A stretch of 60,767 nt of DNA, counting the filler. It is 7 parts of 7 records of this genome, joined end to end, with 100 filler letters (N's around TTAATTAATTAA, not from the genome) between each part and the next. Parts side by side here need not be neighbours in the genome. Positions count along the whole stretch, not along the records: positions 1 to 18,071 come from SRR31156797_38193; 6 more parts are not named here. One strand, written 5' to 3'. The position numbers and the translations under genes were made by a program. Below, piece by piece: positions 7,999-18,071 of this stretch (the stretch's first letter is position 1; the number at the start of each line of letters is the position of its first letter). The notes below the pieces were generated by a model. The model did not search any database. It saw only the letters and a program-made list of their open reading frames with translations, and was not told where the DNA came from.

Positions 7999-10344
7999 TC
8001 AATCTTTTCTTTCTTTCCCAAAAGGCTTGGTCAAAGAAAGCAATGTGGGAGTGATAAAAAAATCAGCAGCAAGAGCGGCAAACAAGCCTGAGCCAACCAA
8101 AAAACCCATGCTCACGAATATTTTTACATCCGAAGCCATATAAGCCGCAAAGCTCAACGTCAGTACAATCGTTGTCATGAGCAAAGCCCCGCCAACGGCT
8201 AAAAAGGTTCGACGGTTGCTCTCGGCATAACGTCCGCAATGCTCAAATTCCAGTTGGCTATGGTTAATAAAATGAATCGTATCGTCGACCGCCAACCCAA
8301 GCAGCATGGGAATAATCGTGACTGTGACAAGATCAAGCGGGATATCAGCAAAGCCCATGATTGCACCAACAACCAATGCGGGAGCAATATTGGGGATCAT
8401 GGCAATTAATCCGATCTTAAGACTGCCGAACACAATCATCATAAGGAAGGTGACCACCATAAATGCAAGGAAAAAGGACTTTATCTGCCCAAAAGAAACA
8501 TATTCCTGCATGACCGTGTATTGCGAAATGGAACCAGTCAATACAACGTGGGCGTCAGGAAAAATCCGTTTGGCTTCATTTTGTATCCACTTGAGTTCTC
8601 GGGCAGCTTCTGATGAATTGTAATGCCCCATTTCCACCTGAAGCTTCAATCGCTGGTAATCATAGTCAATCCAGCGTTCCACTTCAGCACCACCTGCATT
8701 TTCATACAACAACAGCAACTGTGCCACCATCTTCCGACTCTCGGGGAGCCGATACCAACGAGGATCACCCTCGTGAATAACCTGATTCAAATCCTTGAGA
8801 ATCTGCAGCAACGACGTTGTCTTCTTGGTCAACTCAAAGGCATCAATATCTGTCACCAGTTTTTCGAACTTTTTCAGATTCTCGGGGTCCTTTGCCGCTC
8901 CTGGCGCATCAAATTCAAGGGCCAAGTTATATGAATATAAAGAACCGACTTGAGATTGTCCGACTTCGCAAATTCGATTCACGTACGGGACCTTACGCCC
9001 AAATGTTTTGAGAATATCAAAGGAAACTTCAATACGGCTGACACCAACAAAACAAATGCCCATACCAAGAACAAGTAGGGTTAAAGACAATCCTTGACGT
9101 TTTAAGGACTTGACCGACAGCCATTCCATGAAACGTTGAATCCTAAACTCTTTGACAGGGGTACCGTCACGGCTCGGTTTCCGATCTTTACCGAAGCTAA
9201 GCAAAGCAGGAAGTAGCGTCAAAACAACAAGGCAAGCCCAAAAAACCAATGCGGCAGATGTAAGTCCTACCCAACGAATGGGACGCAACGGGATAAAGAC
9301 GAAGGACAGCAACGCGGCAACGGTTGTCAGCGCACTAAAAACCAACGGCCACCCCACTTCTTCCACAGCCAAAATCAATGCTTCTTTTCTTTTACCGAGT
9401 TTTCTGAACTCCACATTGAAATGATTAAACAAATGAATTGAATATCCAATGGATACCGCAAGGGTAATAAAAACAGGCATGAATATAACCGTAGGATCGG
9501 TTTGAATACCCAAATAACCCTGAAGTCCAAAAATTATTGCCAAAACGCAAAAAACCGTTCCCAATGGAAGTATAACTCCTCGCAGGCTACGCAAAAAAAA
9601 GATGAGAATTAGAGTCGTAAAAACAAGGGAAAGTCCCAACAAACGAGGTGTTTCTTTGCTAAAAAAACTCAACTTGTCTGCAAAAATGACAGGCACACCC
9701 GACGCTTTCAAATTCAACTGGTCATATTTTGATTGGTTAATGATATCATTAAAAATATGACCAATGGCCATTATCGGATCTTCACCATTAATCTTCTCAG
9801 AACCTTCAGGCAAATTTTTCAACCGTAAAATCAACCATGTTTCAGTACTATCCTCTGAAACCAATCGATTTTTCAAAGAAATTTTTGAAAGAGCTTTTCC
9901 CCTCAAACTTTCTAATTGCCCACGATCATGAGGAATCTTTTCCGGCACAAGTTGATCTATTTTGATGCCGTCCGACACTCCTTCGGTAAACTCCATATCC
10001 GACAAGGACTGTACGTCGTCAGCATATGGAACCCTGTCCATAAGTTCATCGCCAAGCTCACGGATTAATAGAAGATTTTCCGGCTTAAAAACATCGTCAA
10101 CAGTTACCAGCGCGGCACAAAAGTCTTCGTTGCCAAACAGATTTTCCATCCGCTTTTTCGCTTTCAGCAACGCATCGTCTTCCATAAACCAGTTGTCCTG
10201 ATCTACATCAGATTTCAAATGCGTTATTCCGGTCGCGGCAAAGGCTGTCAACGCAATAAAAAGAATAAAAACAACCCAGCGATACTGAATGACTGCCTTG
10301 CCAAAAGAATGAAACAACGCATTAATTTTTATTATATTCAACAT
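7999..10344 (-). CDS. MMPL/RND family transporter
   Basis: Two repeats of TM + periplasmic loop + 5 TM; GLAVDDTIHF motif in the second half. Confidence 0.9.
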   Translation of the reverse strand: MLNIIKINALFHSFGKAVIQYRWVVFILFIALTAFAATGITHLKSDVDQDNWFMEDDALLKAKKRMENLFGNEDFCAALVTVDDVFKPENLLLIRELGDELMDRVPYADDVQSLSDMEFTEGVSDGIKIDQLVPEKIPHDRGQLESLRGKALSKISLKNRLVSEDSTETWLILRLKNLPEGSEKINGEDPIMAIGHIFNDIINQSKYDQLNLKASGVPVIFADKLSFFSKETPRLLGLSLVFTTLILIFFLRSLRGVILPLGTVFCVLAIIFGLQGYLGIQTDPTVIFMPVFITLAVSIGYSIHLFNHFNVEFRKLGKRKEALILAVEEVGWPLVFSALTTVAALLSFVFIPLRPIRWVGLTSAALVFWACLVVLTLLPALLSFGKDRKPSRDGTPVKEFRIQRFMEWLSVKSLKRQGLSLTLLVLGMGICFVGVSRIEVSFDILKTFGRKVPYVNRICEVGQSQVGSLYSYNLALEFDAPGAAKDPENLKKFEKLVTDIDAFELTKKTTSLLQILKDLNQVIHEGDPRWYRLPESRKMVAQLLLLYENAGGAEVERWIDYDYQRLKLQVEMGHYNSSEAARELKWIQNEAKRIFPDAHVVLTGSISQYTVMQEYVSFGQIKSFFLAFMVVTFLMMIVFGSLKIGLIAMIPNIAPALVVGAIMGFADIPLDLVTVTIIPMLLGLAVDDTIHFINHSQLEFEHCGRYAESNRRTFLAVGGALLMTTIVLTLSFAAYMASDVKIFVSMGFLVGSGLFAALAADFFITPTLLSLTKPFGKERKD

Positions 10345-10353
10345 AATTGCTCC

Positions 10354-11610
10354 TTAGAAGCTGTATTTCGCTTTAAACCACACTTGAGAATTGTCCTGAT
10401 ACTGACCATAGCGGCCCTTTTTCGAACCATTGAACAAGTCCGCTCCAAGCAAAAGATGAAAACCATCCACCCACTCATAATCAGCCTTGGCGCGGTAGAA
10501 CGAATCCTGATCATTCACATTAAAATAGATCATGTTGGAAACAGTCAGCGTTTGTCGCAGCAGCTTTTTAGAAATATTCAAAGTGGTGGTAAGATCGTGT
10601 TGATGTCCGGCCAAACATGATTCATAATTGAGTATTTCTTCACCGATGATCTGACCAATCACGGTCCAATCATTGCCGGGCGTCCAATCAACACCCACCA
10701 GCCACTTCACAGCATTTTTCCGTTTTGGCTGAACGTCCAGAGCCTTGGTTTCAAAGTAGCGCCCCAAATATCCAGCGGTCTCACAACGAAAAACGAAATC
10801 AGACCATGGACGAGAAAAATCCACCCCCAGCACCGTCAGTCTGTGATATTTCGGAGTAAATGAAATTGTGGGGACTCCGCCAACCAGAGACACGGAGCGA
10901 TGATTTGCAGCAAAATCATCCCATGTATAAAAAGCTGAGGCCGAAATATCGAACCCTGAACGATATGTGGAAACCTTGAGAGCTATCTCACTATTTTCTA
11001 ATGATATTTTAGGATCTTCAGCTGTATTTTGTATAACATTGACGCCAGCGGGCCATACGATTTTTGTGGCCCAAGGGTTATCGTCCTCGGGCAACTCGGC
11101 AGCCTGAAACACGGGAATCCAAATCAACTCAGTATCCATGTCCTCACCGAGCAATCGGAATTTGGCTGCATCCACTGGTATACGAATCTCGTCCAGATCA
11201 CGTGTGATCGACTCTGTATAATCCGGTGGACAAATCACATCCGTTATCTGCACACCATCCGCACGCCCCCAAATGATGGTCTGTTTTCCCAAACGAAAAT
11301 CCCAACCTGACCCTACATGCTCCAACCAAAACTCATGAAGCTCGACTCCACTTTCAGACTCGATTTTCCAATTTTTTTCGGCATCTGCGGAAATACTGGC
11401 ATACAGATACTCAAAGTCGGCATCCATATTGAGTCGCATCCTGGCACGAGAAGTAATCGGTTCATGCGGAGCGTTCACACCTCTGGATTGTATCGTTTCG
11501 ATCCATCCGGACATATCCAGACGGTCCAACAAATCCTCGGAAAGCCCGGCACTGGCTTCGGAAGCCGCCACCATAAACATGATGGCGAAAACCAAAATCA
11601 AACCTCGCAT
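10354..11610 (-). CDS. Outer-membrane beta-barrel protein (DUF1302-like)
   Basis: Signal peptide, FRLGKQTIIWGRADG motif, C-terminal KYSF; lies between LolA-like and MMPL genes. Confidence 0.7.
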   Translation of the reverse strand: MRGLILVFAIMFMVAASEASAGLSEDLLDRLDMSGWIETIQSRGVNAPHEPITSRARMRLNMDADFEYLYASISADAEKNWKIESESGVELHEFWLEHVGSGWDFRLGKQTIIWGRADGVQITDVICPPDYTESITRDLDEIRIPVDAAKFRLLGEDMDTELIWIPVFQAAELPEDDNPWATKIVWPAGVNVIQNTAEDPKISLENSEIALKVSTYRSGFDISASAFYTWDDFAANHRSVSLVGGVPTISFTPKYHRLTVLGVDFSRPWSDFVFRCETAGYLGRYFETKALDVQPKRKNAVKWLVGVDWTPGNDWTVIGQIIGEEILNYESCLAGHQHDLTTTLNISKKLLRQTLTVSNMIYFNVNDQDSFYRAKADYEWVDGFHLLLGADLFNGSKKGRYGQYQDNSQVWFKAKYSF

Positions 11611-11612
11611 GA

Positions 11613-12395
11613 TTAACGCAGCCTTCCCCGCTGAATGGTGGACACACGGAAAAGGGAATCCTTCAAGTCGGTGTCATACGACAACCGAGACGTCTTCATA
11701 AACGTCTTGTGTTCTCGAGAAACATTGTCCATTTCCGAATGAAAGACAGTCCAGAATCCGTCTTGCTCCCGCACATCCAACGCCTTGAAAATCTTCAGCA
11801 AACCGTCCTTGTCATAATACTCGGCCTGAACAATCACATGCGCGAGCTTACTCACCCATAAAATTTTCTTGGTATACATATCGTCGGGATCCAACGGAAT
11901 GGATTCGACCTTCCAACAATCATGGTCCATAATAGATTCTTCACCGAGCAAACGATGCGTATCTTCGTTCACATTTCTCTTACCCATGTCGTCGTAGGTA
12001 AAATCAGTACCCATGAAGTATTCATTTCTGGAAGCTCCACTAATACGACGGGTCTTCTTCATAGCCGGCATGTAGAGCCACTTGTCATCATCTCTATCCG
12101 GGGCGTCATATTCCCACGATAAAAACGCTGTTTTTCGAACATCCGCAGGTTCCAAAAACACCATAATCGACTTCTTGTCCTTCCCATAATCTTTGGAAAA
12201 ACTTTTAACTTCACGCACACGCTTTCTGCCGCGTTTATTAAGCAATGTCATAGTGATAACCGATGTCCGGTCTTCACCATCGGCCCTGTCATCTACCAGT
12301 GTCATGATATCCTTGCCGGACAGATCTCCAGCGTGGACCGGAACAGAACAAAGGACAAAAAAAAGGGTCATAAAAATCGCAGTCAATTGTGACAT
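11613..12395 (-). CDS. LolA-like outer-membrane lipoprotein-sorting protein
   Basis: FLEPADVRKTAFL, DDKWLYMPAMKKTRRISG and FMGTDFTYDD motifs; signal peptide. Confidence 0.88.
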   Translation of the reverse strand: MSQLTAIFMTLFFVLCSVPVHAGDLSGKDIMTLVDDRADGEDRTSVITMTLLNKRGRKRVREVKSFSKDYGKDKKSIMVFLEPADVRKTAFLSWEYDAPDRDDDKWLYMPAMKKTRRISGASRNEYFMGTDFTYDDMGKRNVNEDTHRLLGEESIMDHDCWKVESIPLDPDDMYTKKILWVSKLAHVIVQAEYYDKDGLLKIFKALDVREQDGFWTVFHSEMDNVSREHKTFMKTSRLSYDTDLKDSLFRVSTIQRGRLR

Positions 12396-12422
12396 GCTGA
12401 CAGAATCTCCTTGTTATTGAAG

Positions 12423-12486
12423 GGAGGGGGGAGAGAAAGTCCCCCCTCCTCGAGAGGAAGGCCAAAGGCCGAACGGCCTTTGGCCT
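12423..12486 (-). other. Two tandem GC-rich intercistronic hairpins
   Basis: GGAGGGGGGA/TCCCCCCTCC (12423-12449) and AGGCCAAAGGCC/GGCCTTTGGCCT (12459-12486); no clear U-tract on the coding strand. Confidence 0.7.
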
Positions 12487-12493
12487 AAGAAGT

Positions 12494-13378
12494 CTATTTT
12501 ACGATAAAAGTCAGGCTCGCTGCTTGGTAGACCTGATTAGCTTTGCCGAAGAAATCTTTCATCGGGCCGCTCTTCGTAACGTCGTCCTTGTGGTTGACGC
12601 TAATAGACCACTGACCGGCGCACTGTACGCGGAATTGAGCCTTGCCGTTCATCAGGTAGGACTGCAAAGCAAAGTGATCACTTTGACCAAATCCAGCACT
12701 ATGGGCCGAAATGTAATCAGCACTTTTAGCGCTGGCGCTCAACGGCTTACCATTGAACAGCACTTCGACCTCAACCAAATCACCAACGTGGACGTTGCTG
12801 AGATCAGTAACCGGAATGATTTCCAAGCTATGGCCAAGAGGTGACGGTTTTTCCCATTTCTTCACAGTCATGTATGACTTTGCAAAAGCCTGGAACCTGA
12901 CAGACATAAGCAGCTTATCAATGTCTTTAATCTGGTCGCGAGGCTTAAGGGCAAGACGCTGCCGTCCTTTCTTGTCGATGTACTGAGTATAAAACGTTGC
13001 CTTGGATACTGCGTTGAACTGATAGACTCCAAGCTGGCAATCCTTTTTCAAAGCAACCTTCTGCACAGCGAGATCACCAGGGAAGATATCAAAATTGCTG
13101 TTGGATTGTGTCGGTTTGCTTTCTTCAAAAGCAGGTGTCTCCAACTGCACTCTGGTCATATCCGGGCAAATCACTTCGAATTTTTCAAGCAGAATCCTTC
13201 CATTCGGTGAATTGGGAATATCGTCCATGGGTAGCGAATGTCCCCAACCAATGGAAACCAAAGCATGCGGCGGGAAATGCGCATCTGAATAAAAGTTATT
13301 GACCCAGACAGAATGCGCCTGTGCATTGGAAGCCATGAAAAACATGGCGCAGAACATGGTAAAAATAAAACGTTTCAT
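12494..13378 (-). CDS. DUF4198 periplasmic protein (metal-uptake associated)
   Basis: Signal peptide AQA-HSVW, IGWGH, LEIIP..., VLFNGKPL and ASLTF motifs. Confidence 0.85.
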   Translation of the reverse strand: MKRFIFTMFCAMFFMASNAQAHSVWVNNFYSDAHFPPHALVSIGWGHSLPMDDIPNSPNGRILLEKFEVICPDMTRVQLETPAFEESKPTQSNSNFDIFPGDLAVQKVALKKDCQLGVYQFNAVSKATFYTQYIDKKGRQRLALKPRDQIKDIDKLLMSVRFQAFAKSYMTVKKWEKPSPLGHSLEIIPVTDLSNVHVGDLVEVEVLFNGKPLSASAKSADYISAHSAGFGQSDHFALQSYLMNGKAQFRVQCAGQWSISVNHKDDVTKSGPMKDFFGKANQVYQAASLTFIVK

Positions 13379-13464
13379 ACGAACTCCAATTTTCGTTTGG
13401 GGTTGATAAAAAAGACGATTCAATGAATATGACAATCAAAATCATTCATCAGATAAAAAAAACA

Positions 13465-15612
13465 TCAGAAATTATATAATATGCCAAGGCCAAATTTCCG
13501 GGGTTCTGACACACCAGCAATGGACATGGTCGCACTAGATCTAAATGTGGTGACATACCCTTCATCAGTAATATTCTTGACATAAGCGTAGATATCAAAG
13601 CCGGAGAAACGATATCCAATCTTGCCGTCAAAAACAGTATACGGATCAGCCTTTGTAAAATCCTTGTTCGCGTCATCATAGAATGAACGTGAACCAAAGT
13701 TACGACCATCTGCTCGGGCATAAAACCCTGAAGGGTCACGATAAACAGCACTCAAACGAATGGAATGCGACGGGGTTTGTTCGATATCTTCACCATCAAA
13801 ACGTTTAGTACCGGTGTCGTAATCATCGTATTTGGCTTCAATCACACTGAAAGAACCGTTGAATTCAAGGGTATCAGTCGGCATATAGGCTGCTTCAAAC
13901 TCAAATCCCTGAGAATGTGCCTTCTTGGCATTATCTGTCACATACATGGGCCCCACAGTCTTAAAGACATGAATATCCTTGATATCCATATAGAAAAGAG
14001 CGGCAGACATCCTGAAATCATCGTAAGCTGCTTTGAGGCCCCACTCATAGTTAGTGGATCGCTCAGGCTCGAAGGTATTGTCTTCAGGCGTACCACCCAT
14101 CGCAAAGGAATTAAAACCACCCGCCATATACCCATGGGAATATGAAAGATACGTTGTCCAATTATCATTAAAACCATAGGAAAGTGCGGCCTTGGGCAAA
14201 AAGGCATCCCAAGTTTTATCTGTTTTCATAGTATAAAAAGGTGCAGTTCCACCGATAGGCCCTGCCAGCAGTGTCATATCAATATCTTTGTATATACGCT
14301 GATACCTGCCACCAAGCGTCAACTCGAATTTGTCCAGAAATGGAATCATTACCTGACCAAAAGTCGCCTGTGTCGTCGCATGGTGATGAGAATGGGCGTC
14401 GTACTCCATAGGCCCAGGAGCCTGCATCCCATAGGGACCTTCATGCTTGCTTTCAGTGTCCGCATAGGCACCAAACGTCCAGCGAAACCCCTTGGATTCA
14501 AGACTGGAAAAGCGCAATTCCTGTCCCCACAACTCCTTATTATTCTGCTCAAACATCATCAATCCTGCATAAGCAGGATCATCTGAGAAATCAGCATCGA
14601 ACTCACTGTCGACTCTCTGCGTCTTATGCGTTGTGATTGAATCCAGCTTGAAACTCTCAAAAGAATACTCAACCTTGAGGCTTTGGGAGTCATCGTCAAG
14701 CTTCATCCACGTAGGGACATCATAACTGACATGTTTGGCATCATCTGCATCAAACGCGTCCAAATTGGAACCGACAGGCAGAGTGTACTCGTCATGCCAA
14801 TACTCTTTTTTATGACCATGATGGGCCGAAAGACGAACCCGCAAATCATCATTCGGAGTAAAGAACAAGTAACCATTCAACCGCCTGTCACGTTCCCGGT
14901 TGGCATCTTTTTCCATGCCCGGATAGTCATTCTTTATCCAACCTTGATCACGTTGATATTGAGCACTGAATCCAAGAAACAATTTGTCTTCGATAATCGG
15001 TCCATTGGCACTGCCATAAACATTACCATATTCCCAACTGCCGTATTCTCCCCCCAGCTTTCCCTGCCACGTATTGGTCGGGTCCTTGGTGATAACGTTA
15101 ATGACCGCTCCCATCGCGTCTTTGCCGTAAAGAGTTGCCTGAGGACCACGCAGAACTTCCACGCGCTCCACGTTAACCAATGACGTATCAAAACCGACAC
15201 GACCACTATAACCCACGCCATCAACATACATGGCCACGGGGTTATTGCTGGTAAACATCGAGGCATTCAAACCACGAAAGTTGATAGCAGTACCATGATC
15301 TTTTGAATAAGACATGCCCGGTATGCAATCGATAACATCCGTAATGCTCTTTATTCCTTTTTCTTCAAGCTCGACTTCCCCGATAACCGTTATACTCTGA
15401 GGGACATCCATCGGATCTTCTTCCATCTTGTTTGCAGTCACTTTAACTGCTTCGAGCTTGACCGTATCAGTCGCTTTTTTTTCTTCTTCGGCCGCCAGAG
15501 CACTGCTTGATAAAAGAAAAAACGCAACGGCAGGCAAGACAACCGCCTTGGCGATACGTGCGCACAAACCGTGTCGCCTCCGTTTTGTCGGGAACCTCAA
15601 AACCTTGTCCAT
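13465..15612 (-). CDS. TonB-dependent receptor, FyuA/pesticin-receptor-like
   Basis: TonB box VKVTANK, plug motif VERVEVLRGPQATLYGKDAMGAVINVITK, C-terminal YNF; GAGGAGG RBS before ATG 15612. Confidence 0.92.
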   Translation of the reverse strand: MDKVLRFPTKRRRHGLCARIAKAVVLPAVAFFLLSSSALAAEEEKKATDTVKLEAVKVTANKMEEDPMDVPQSITVIGEVELEEKGIKSITDVIDCIPGMSYSKDHGTAINFRGLNASMFTSNNPVAMYVDGVGYSGRVGFDTSLVNVERVEVLRGPQATLYGKDAMGAVINVITKDPTNTWQGKLGGEYGSWEYGNVYGSANGPIIEDKLFLGFSAQYQRDQGWIKNDYPGMEKDANRERDRRLNGYLFFTPNDDLRVRLSAHHGHKKEYWHDEYTLPVGSNLDAFDADDAKHVSYDVPTWMKLDDDSQSLKVEYSFESFKLDSITTHKTQRVDSEFDADFSDDPAYAGLMMFEQNNKELWGQELRFSSLESKGFRWTFGAYADTESKHEGPYGMQAPGPMEYDAHSHHHATTQATFGQVMIPFLDKFELTLGGRYQRIYKDIDMTLLAGPIGGTAPFYTMKTDKTWDAFLPKAALSYGFNDNWTTYLSYSHGYMAGGFNSFAMGGTPEDNTFEPERSTNYEWGLKAAYDDFRMSAALFYMDIKDIHVFKTVGPMYVTDNAKKAHSQGFEFEAAYMPTDTLEFNGSFSVIEAKYDDYDTGTKRFDGEDIEQTPSHSIRLSAVYRDPSGFYARADGRNFGSRSFYDDANKDFTKADPYTVFDGKIGYRFSGFDIYAYVKNITDEGYVTTFRSSATMSIAGVSEPRKFGLGILYNF

Positions 15613-15659
15613 CAATCTTAACCTCCTCAATATATTTCACACTTTGCATCGACCTTGTT

Positions 15660-15723
15660 TGTCAAACTCAAACTTGCGTCCACCCGAATCGGGAAAAACA
15701 TCAACCCCATTCGGGAAAACATC
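15660..15723 (-). promoter_or_regulatory. Receptor promoter with tandem activator-like boxes
   Basis: TTGACA on the minus strand (15660-15665); upstream repeats ACCCGAATCGGGAAAAACATC and ACCCCATTCGGGAAAACATC spaced 22 bp apart. Confidence 0.6.
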
Positions 15724-15740
15724 CTTTTTTTGACCGTTTT

Positions 15741-17534
15741 TTATTCCGATGCGCGCGCAAAATGCCAATCTTTGGTTCCCTGCTGCGCTTCCCACATGCT
15801 GCGATAGCGCCCCCCTCTTTCCAGCAACTCATCATGTCCGCCCTGCTGAACAACCTTTCCGTCTTCGAGCACTAAAATTATGTCAGCTCCGACAACGGTC
15901 GAAAGTCGATGAGCGATAACAATAACGGTTTTATCCTGAACCAACGTGTCGATGGCCTGCTGAACCGCCACCTCGCTCTCGGTATCCAAAGCGGCCGTCG
16001 GTTCATCCAGAATAACAATAGGAGCATCTTTAAGAATGGCACGGGCAATGCTGATACGTTGTCTTTCTCCACCGGAAAGGCATCCGCCGATATCCCCAAC
16101 CCGGGTCTGGTATCCATCAGGCAAACGTGAAATAAAATCGTGGCAGTGAGCAATCCGGGCAGCGGACTCAACCTCCTCGTCCGAAGCATCCGGGCGCCCC
16201 ATGAGGATGTTTGCATGAATTGTATCGTCAAAAAGATATACGTCCTGAAAAACCACTGAAATATGCCGCATTAATTCTTGCGAACCCATTGACCGCACAT
16301 CCACACCACCAATCATGACTTTTCCCGATTGGGGATCGGCGTAGCGCATGATCAATCGAGTAATAGTCGTCTTTCCTGAACCGGAAGGGCCAACCAATGC
16401 AGTAAGAGAACGTTCGGGCAAACTGAAACTCACATCCCCAAGCACATCTTCATCTGTTTGGGCGTAACGAAAATCAACGGCCTCAAAATCAACATCAAAT
16501 TTTCGCGGTATTTCAGTCTGCTCAAAAACAGATAAGGGCTTGATGGAAAGCAACTTCGCAACCTGTTCAAAACCGGCCTCCATATAATCAAACACAGGGC
16601 TAATCCCGAAAAGAAGGGCCAGAGGCTCACTAAAACGTACAACCACAATCAACAAAGCCGTCAGCACGGCAATATCCAGACTCCCGGCAAGAATGAACCA
16701 GACACCAAAGGAAAGCGCGACGAGCAATCCGATCTGCACCAAAGAAGAAAAAACAATCCCCGGCCAGACAGCACGTAATTGTTCTTTACGTTGTACTTGC
16801 TGTAAATCGCGCAAGGCAGCCTGAAGTCGCTTGGCGTGCTGTCCTACCTGATTGGTTGCACGCAAAACAGGAAGACCCTGAGTGTATTCGATCAATTCAG
16901 AAGACGTACGAGCATGAGCCGCTGCAACACGACGCATAGCTTTACCCGAGGCACGCCGCCGCCAAAAATACAACGGAGCAGCCAGAGGAAAAACGCACGC
17001 CATAGCAAGCGCCAAACGCCAATCCACGAACGCCGTCGCAATAATTGTCACGACAGGAGTAATAATAATGCTGATAAAGGCGGAAGAAAGTAAGCCCATG
17101 GGGGTCACAACTTCATCAACGTTCCCTGTCAAGACAGCGGAAAGCTCTCCTGTCCGCTTCTGATAAAGAGTTTCCAGCGGCATCCGGCGAAGCTGTTCGC
17201 CCAATTTTATTCGAAGTTGGTGTGTCACTTCGGCAATGCATTCGGAATAGTCAAACCGACGAGCCATCATGACAAAAAAGGTATCAAAAACTGTGCACCC
17301 AGCCATAACGGCCACCCAAAACCATACAGCGTCCCATTGCGGAGGGGAACTCAAAACGCCCTTCAACAAAGGATAAAAACAGGCAAAGCCCAACCCCTGA
17401 ATAATGGCCGACAAAAGAGTAAACATCATGCACAAACGAAGTTTGCCAACCTGATCGCCACTGGCATACTGCATTCGTTTCCATGTTTCGGCCAACGGAG
17501 GTGTAGCCCGTTCGGTATTCATATTCGAAGTCAT
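15741..17534 (-). CDS. ABC transporter permease/ATPase, YbtQ/IrtB-like
   Basis: 6-TM exporter-type fold, Walker A GPSGSGKT, LSGGERQR, ILDEPT; LRIKLGEQLRRMPL motif; next to a siderophore-type receptor. Confidence 0.88.
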   Translation of the reverse strand: MTSNMNTERATPPLAETWKRMQYASGDQVGKLRLCMMFTLLSAIIQGLGFACFYPLLKGVLSSPPQWDAVWFWVAVMAGCTVFDTFFVMMARRFDYSECIAEVTHQLRIKLGEQLRRMPLETLYQKRTGELSAVLTGNVDEVVTPMGLLSSAFISIIITPVVTIIATAFVDWRLALAMACVFPLAAPLYFWRRRASGKAMRRVAAAHARTSSELIEYTQGLPVLRATNQVGQHAKRLQAALRDLQQVQRKEQLRAVWPGIVFSSLVQIGLLVALSFGVWFILAGSLDIAVLTALLIVVVRFSEPLALLFGISPVFDYMEAGFEQVAKLLSIKPLSVFEQTEIPRKFDVDFEAVDFRYAQTDEDVLGDVSFSLPERSLTALVGPSGSGKTTITRLIMRYADPQSGKVMIGGVDVRSMGSQELMRHISVVFQDVYLFDDTIHANILMGRPDASDEEVESAARIAHCHDFISRLPDGYQTRVGDIGGCLSGGERQRISIARAILKDAPIVILDEPTAALDTESEVAVQQAIDTLVQDKTVIVIAHRLSTVVGADIILVLEDGKVVQQGGHDELLERGGRYRSMWEAQQGTKDWHFARASE

Positions 17535-17554
17535 ATCTTTTTCCTCACTCTTGT

Positions 17555-18070
17555 TCAGTTTGCCAAGCGGCCCAAAGTCCACCCACGCGCCTGTTCATAG
17601 CTGTTCCAAAGACGGGCATAGACACCGTCAGCCGCGACCAGATCATCGTGCCGTCCTCCTTCAACAACTCGCCCGAGGTCCAGAACAACAATCTGATCCG
17701 CGTCACGAATAGTCGAAAGACGATGCGCAATGATGATGACAGTACGCCCTGTCATCAGATTGGACAGTGCCGCAATAAGCGCAGCCTCGTTTTCCGGGTC
17801 GGCAAAGGCCGTGGCCTCATCAAGCACAACCACGGGGCAGTCCTGCAAAATGGCACGTGCAATGGTAATACGCTGACGCTGTCCGCCAGAAAGTCTGCCT
17901 CCACGCTCTCCGGCCATGGTTTCATACCCATCAGGCAAACCCTGAATAAAGTCATGCGCCTGCGCAGCGCGAGCCGCACGCTCTACATCTTTCATGGAAG
18001 CGTCGGGGCGTCCCATCCGAATATTTGCAGCGATGGTATCGTGAAAAAGAAAGGTATCTTGAAATACAAA
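17555..18070 (-). CDS. ABC transporter YbtP/IrtA-like, C-terminal fragment (5' truncated)
   Basis: [17 protein letters not shown] and degenerate [13 protein letters not shown] motif; frame open to the contig end. Confidence 0.88.
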   Translation of the reverse strand, partial: FVFQDTFLFHDTIAANIRMGRPDASMKDVERAARAAQAHDFIQGLPDGYETMAGERGGRLSGGQRQRITIARAILQDCPVVVLDEATAFADPENEAALIAALSNLMTGRTVIIIAHRLSTIRDADQIVVLDLGRVVEGGRHDDLVAADGVYARLWNSYEQARGWTLGRLAN

Positions 18071-18071
18071 A

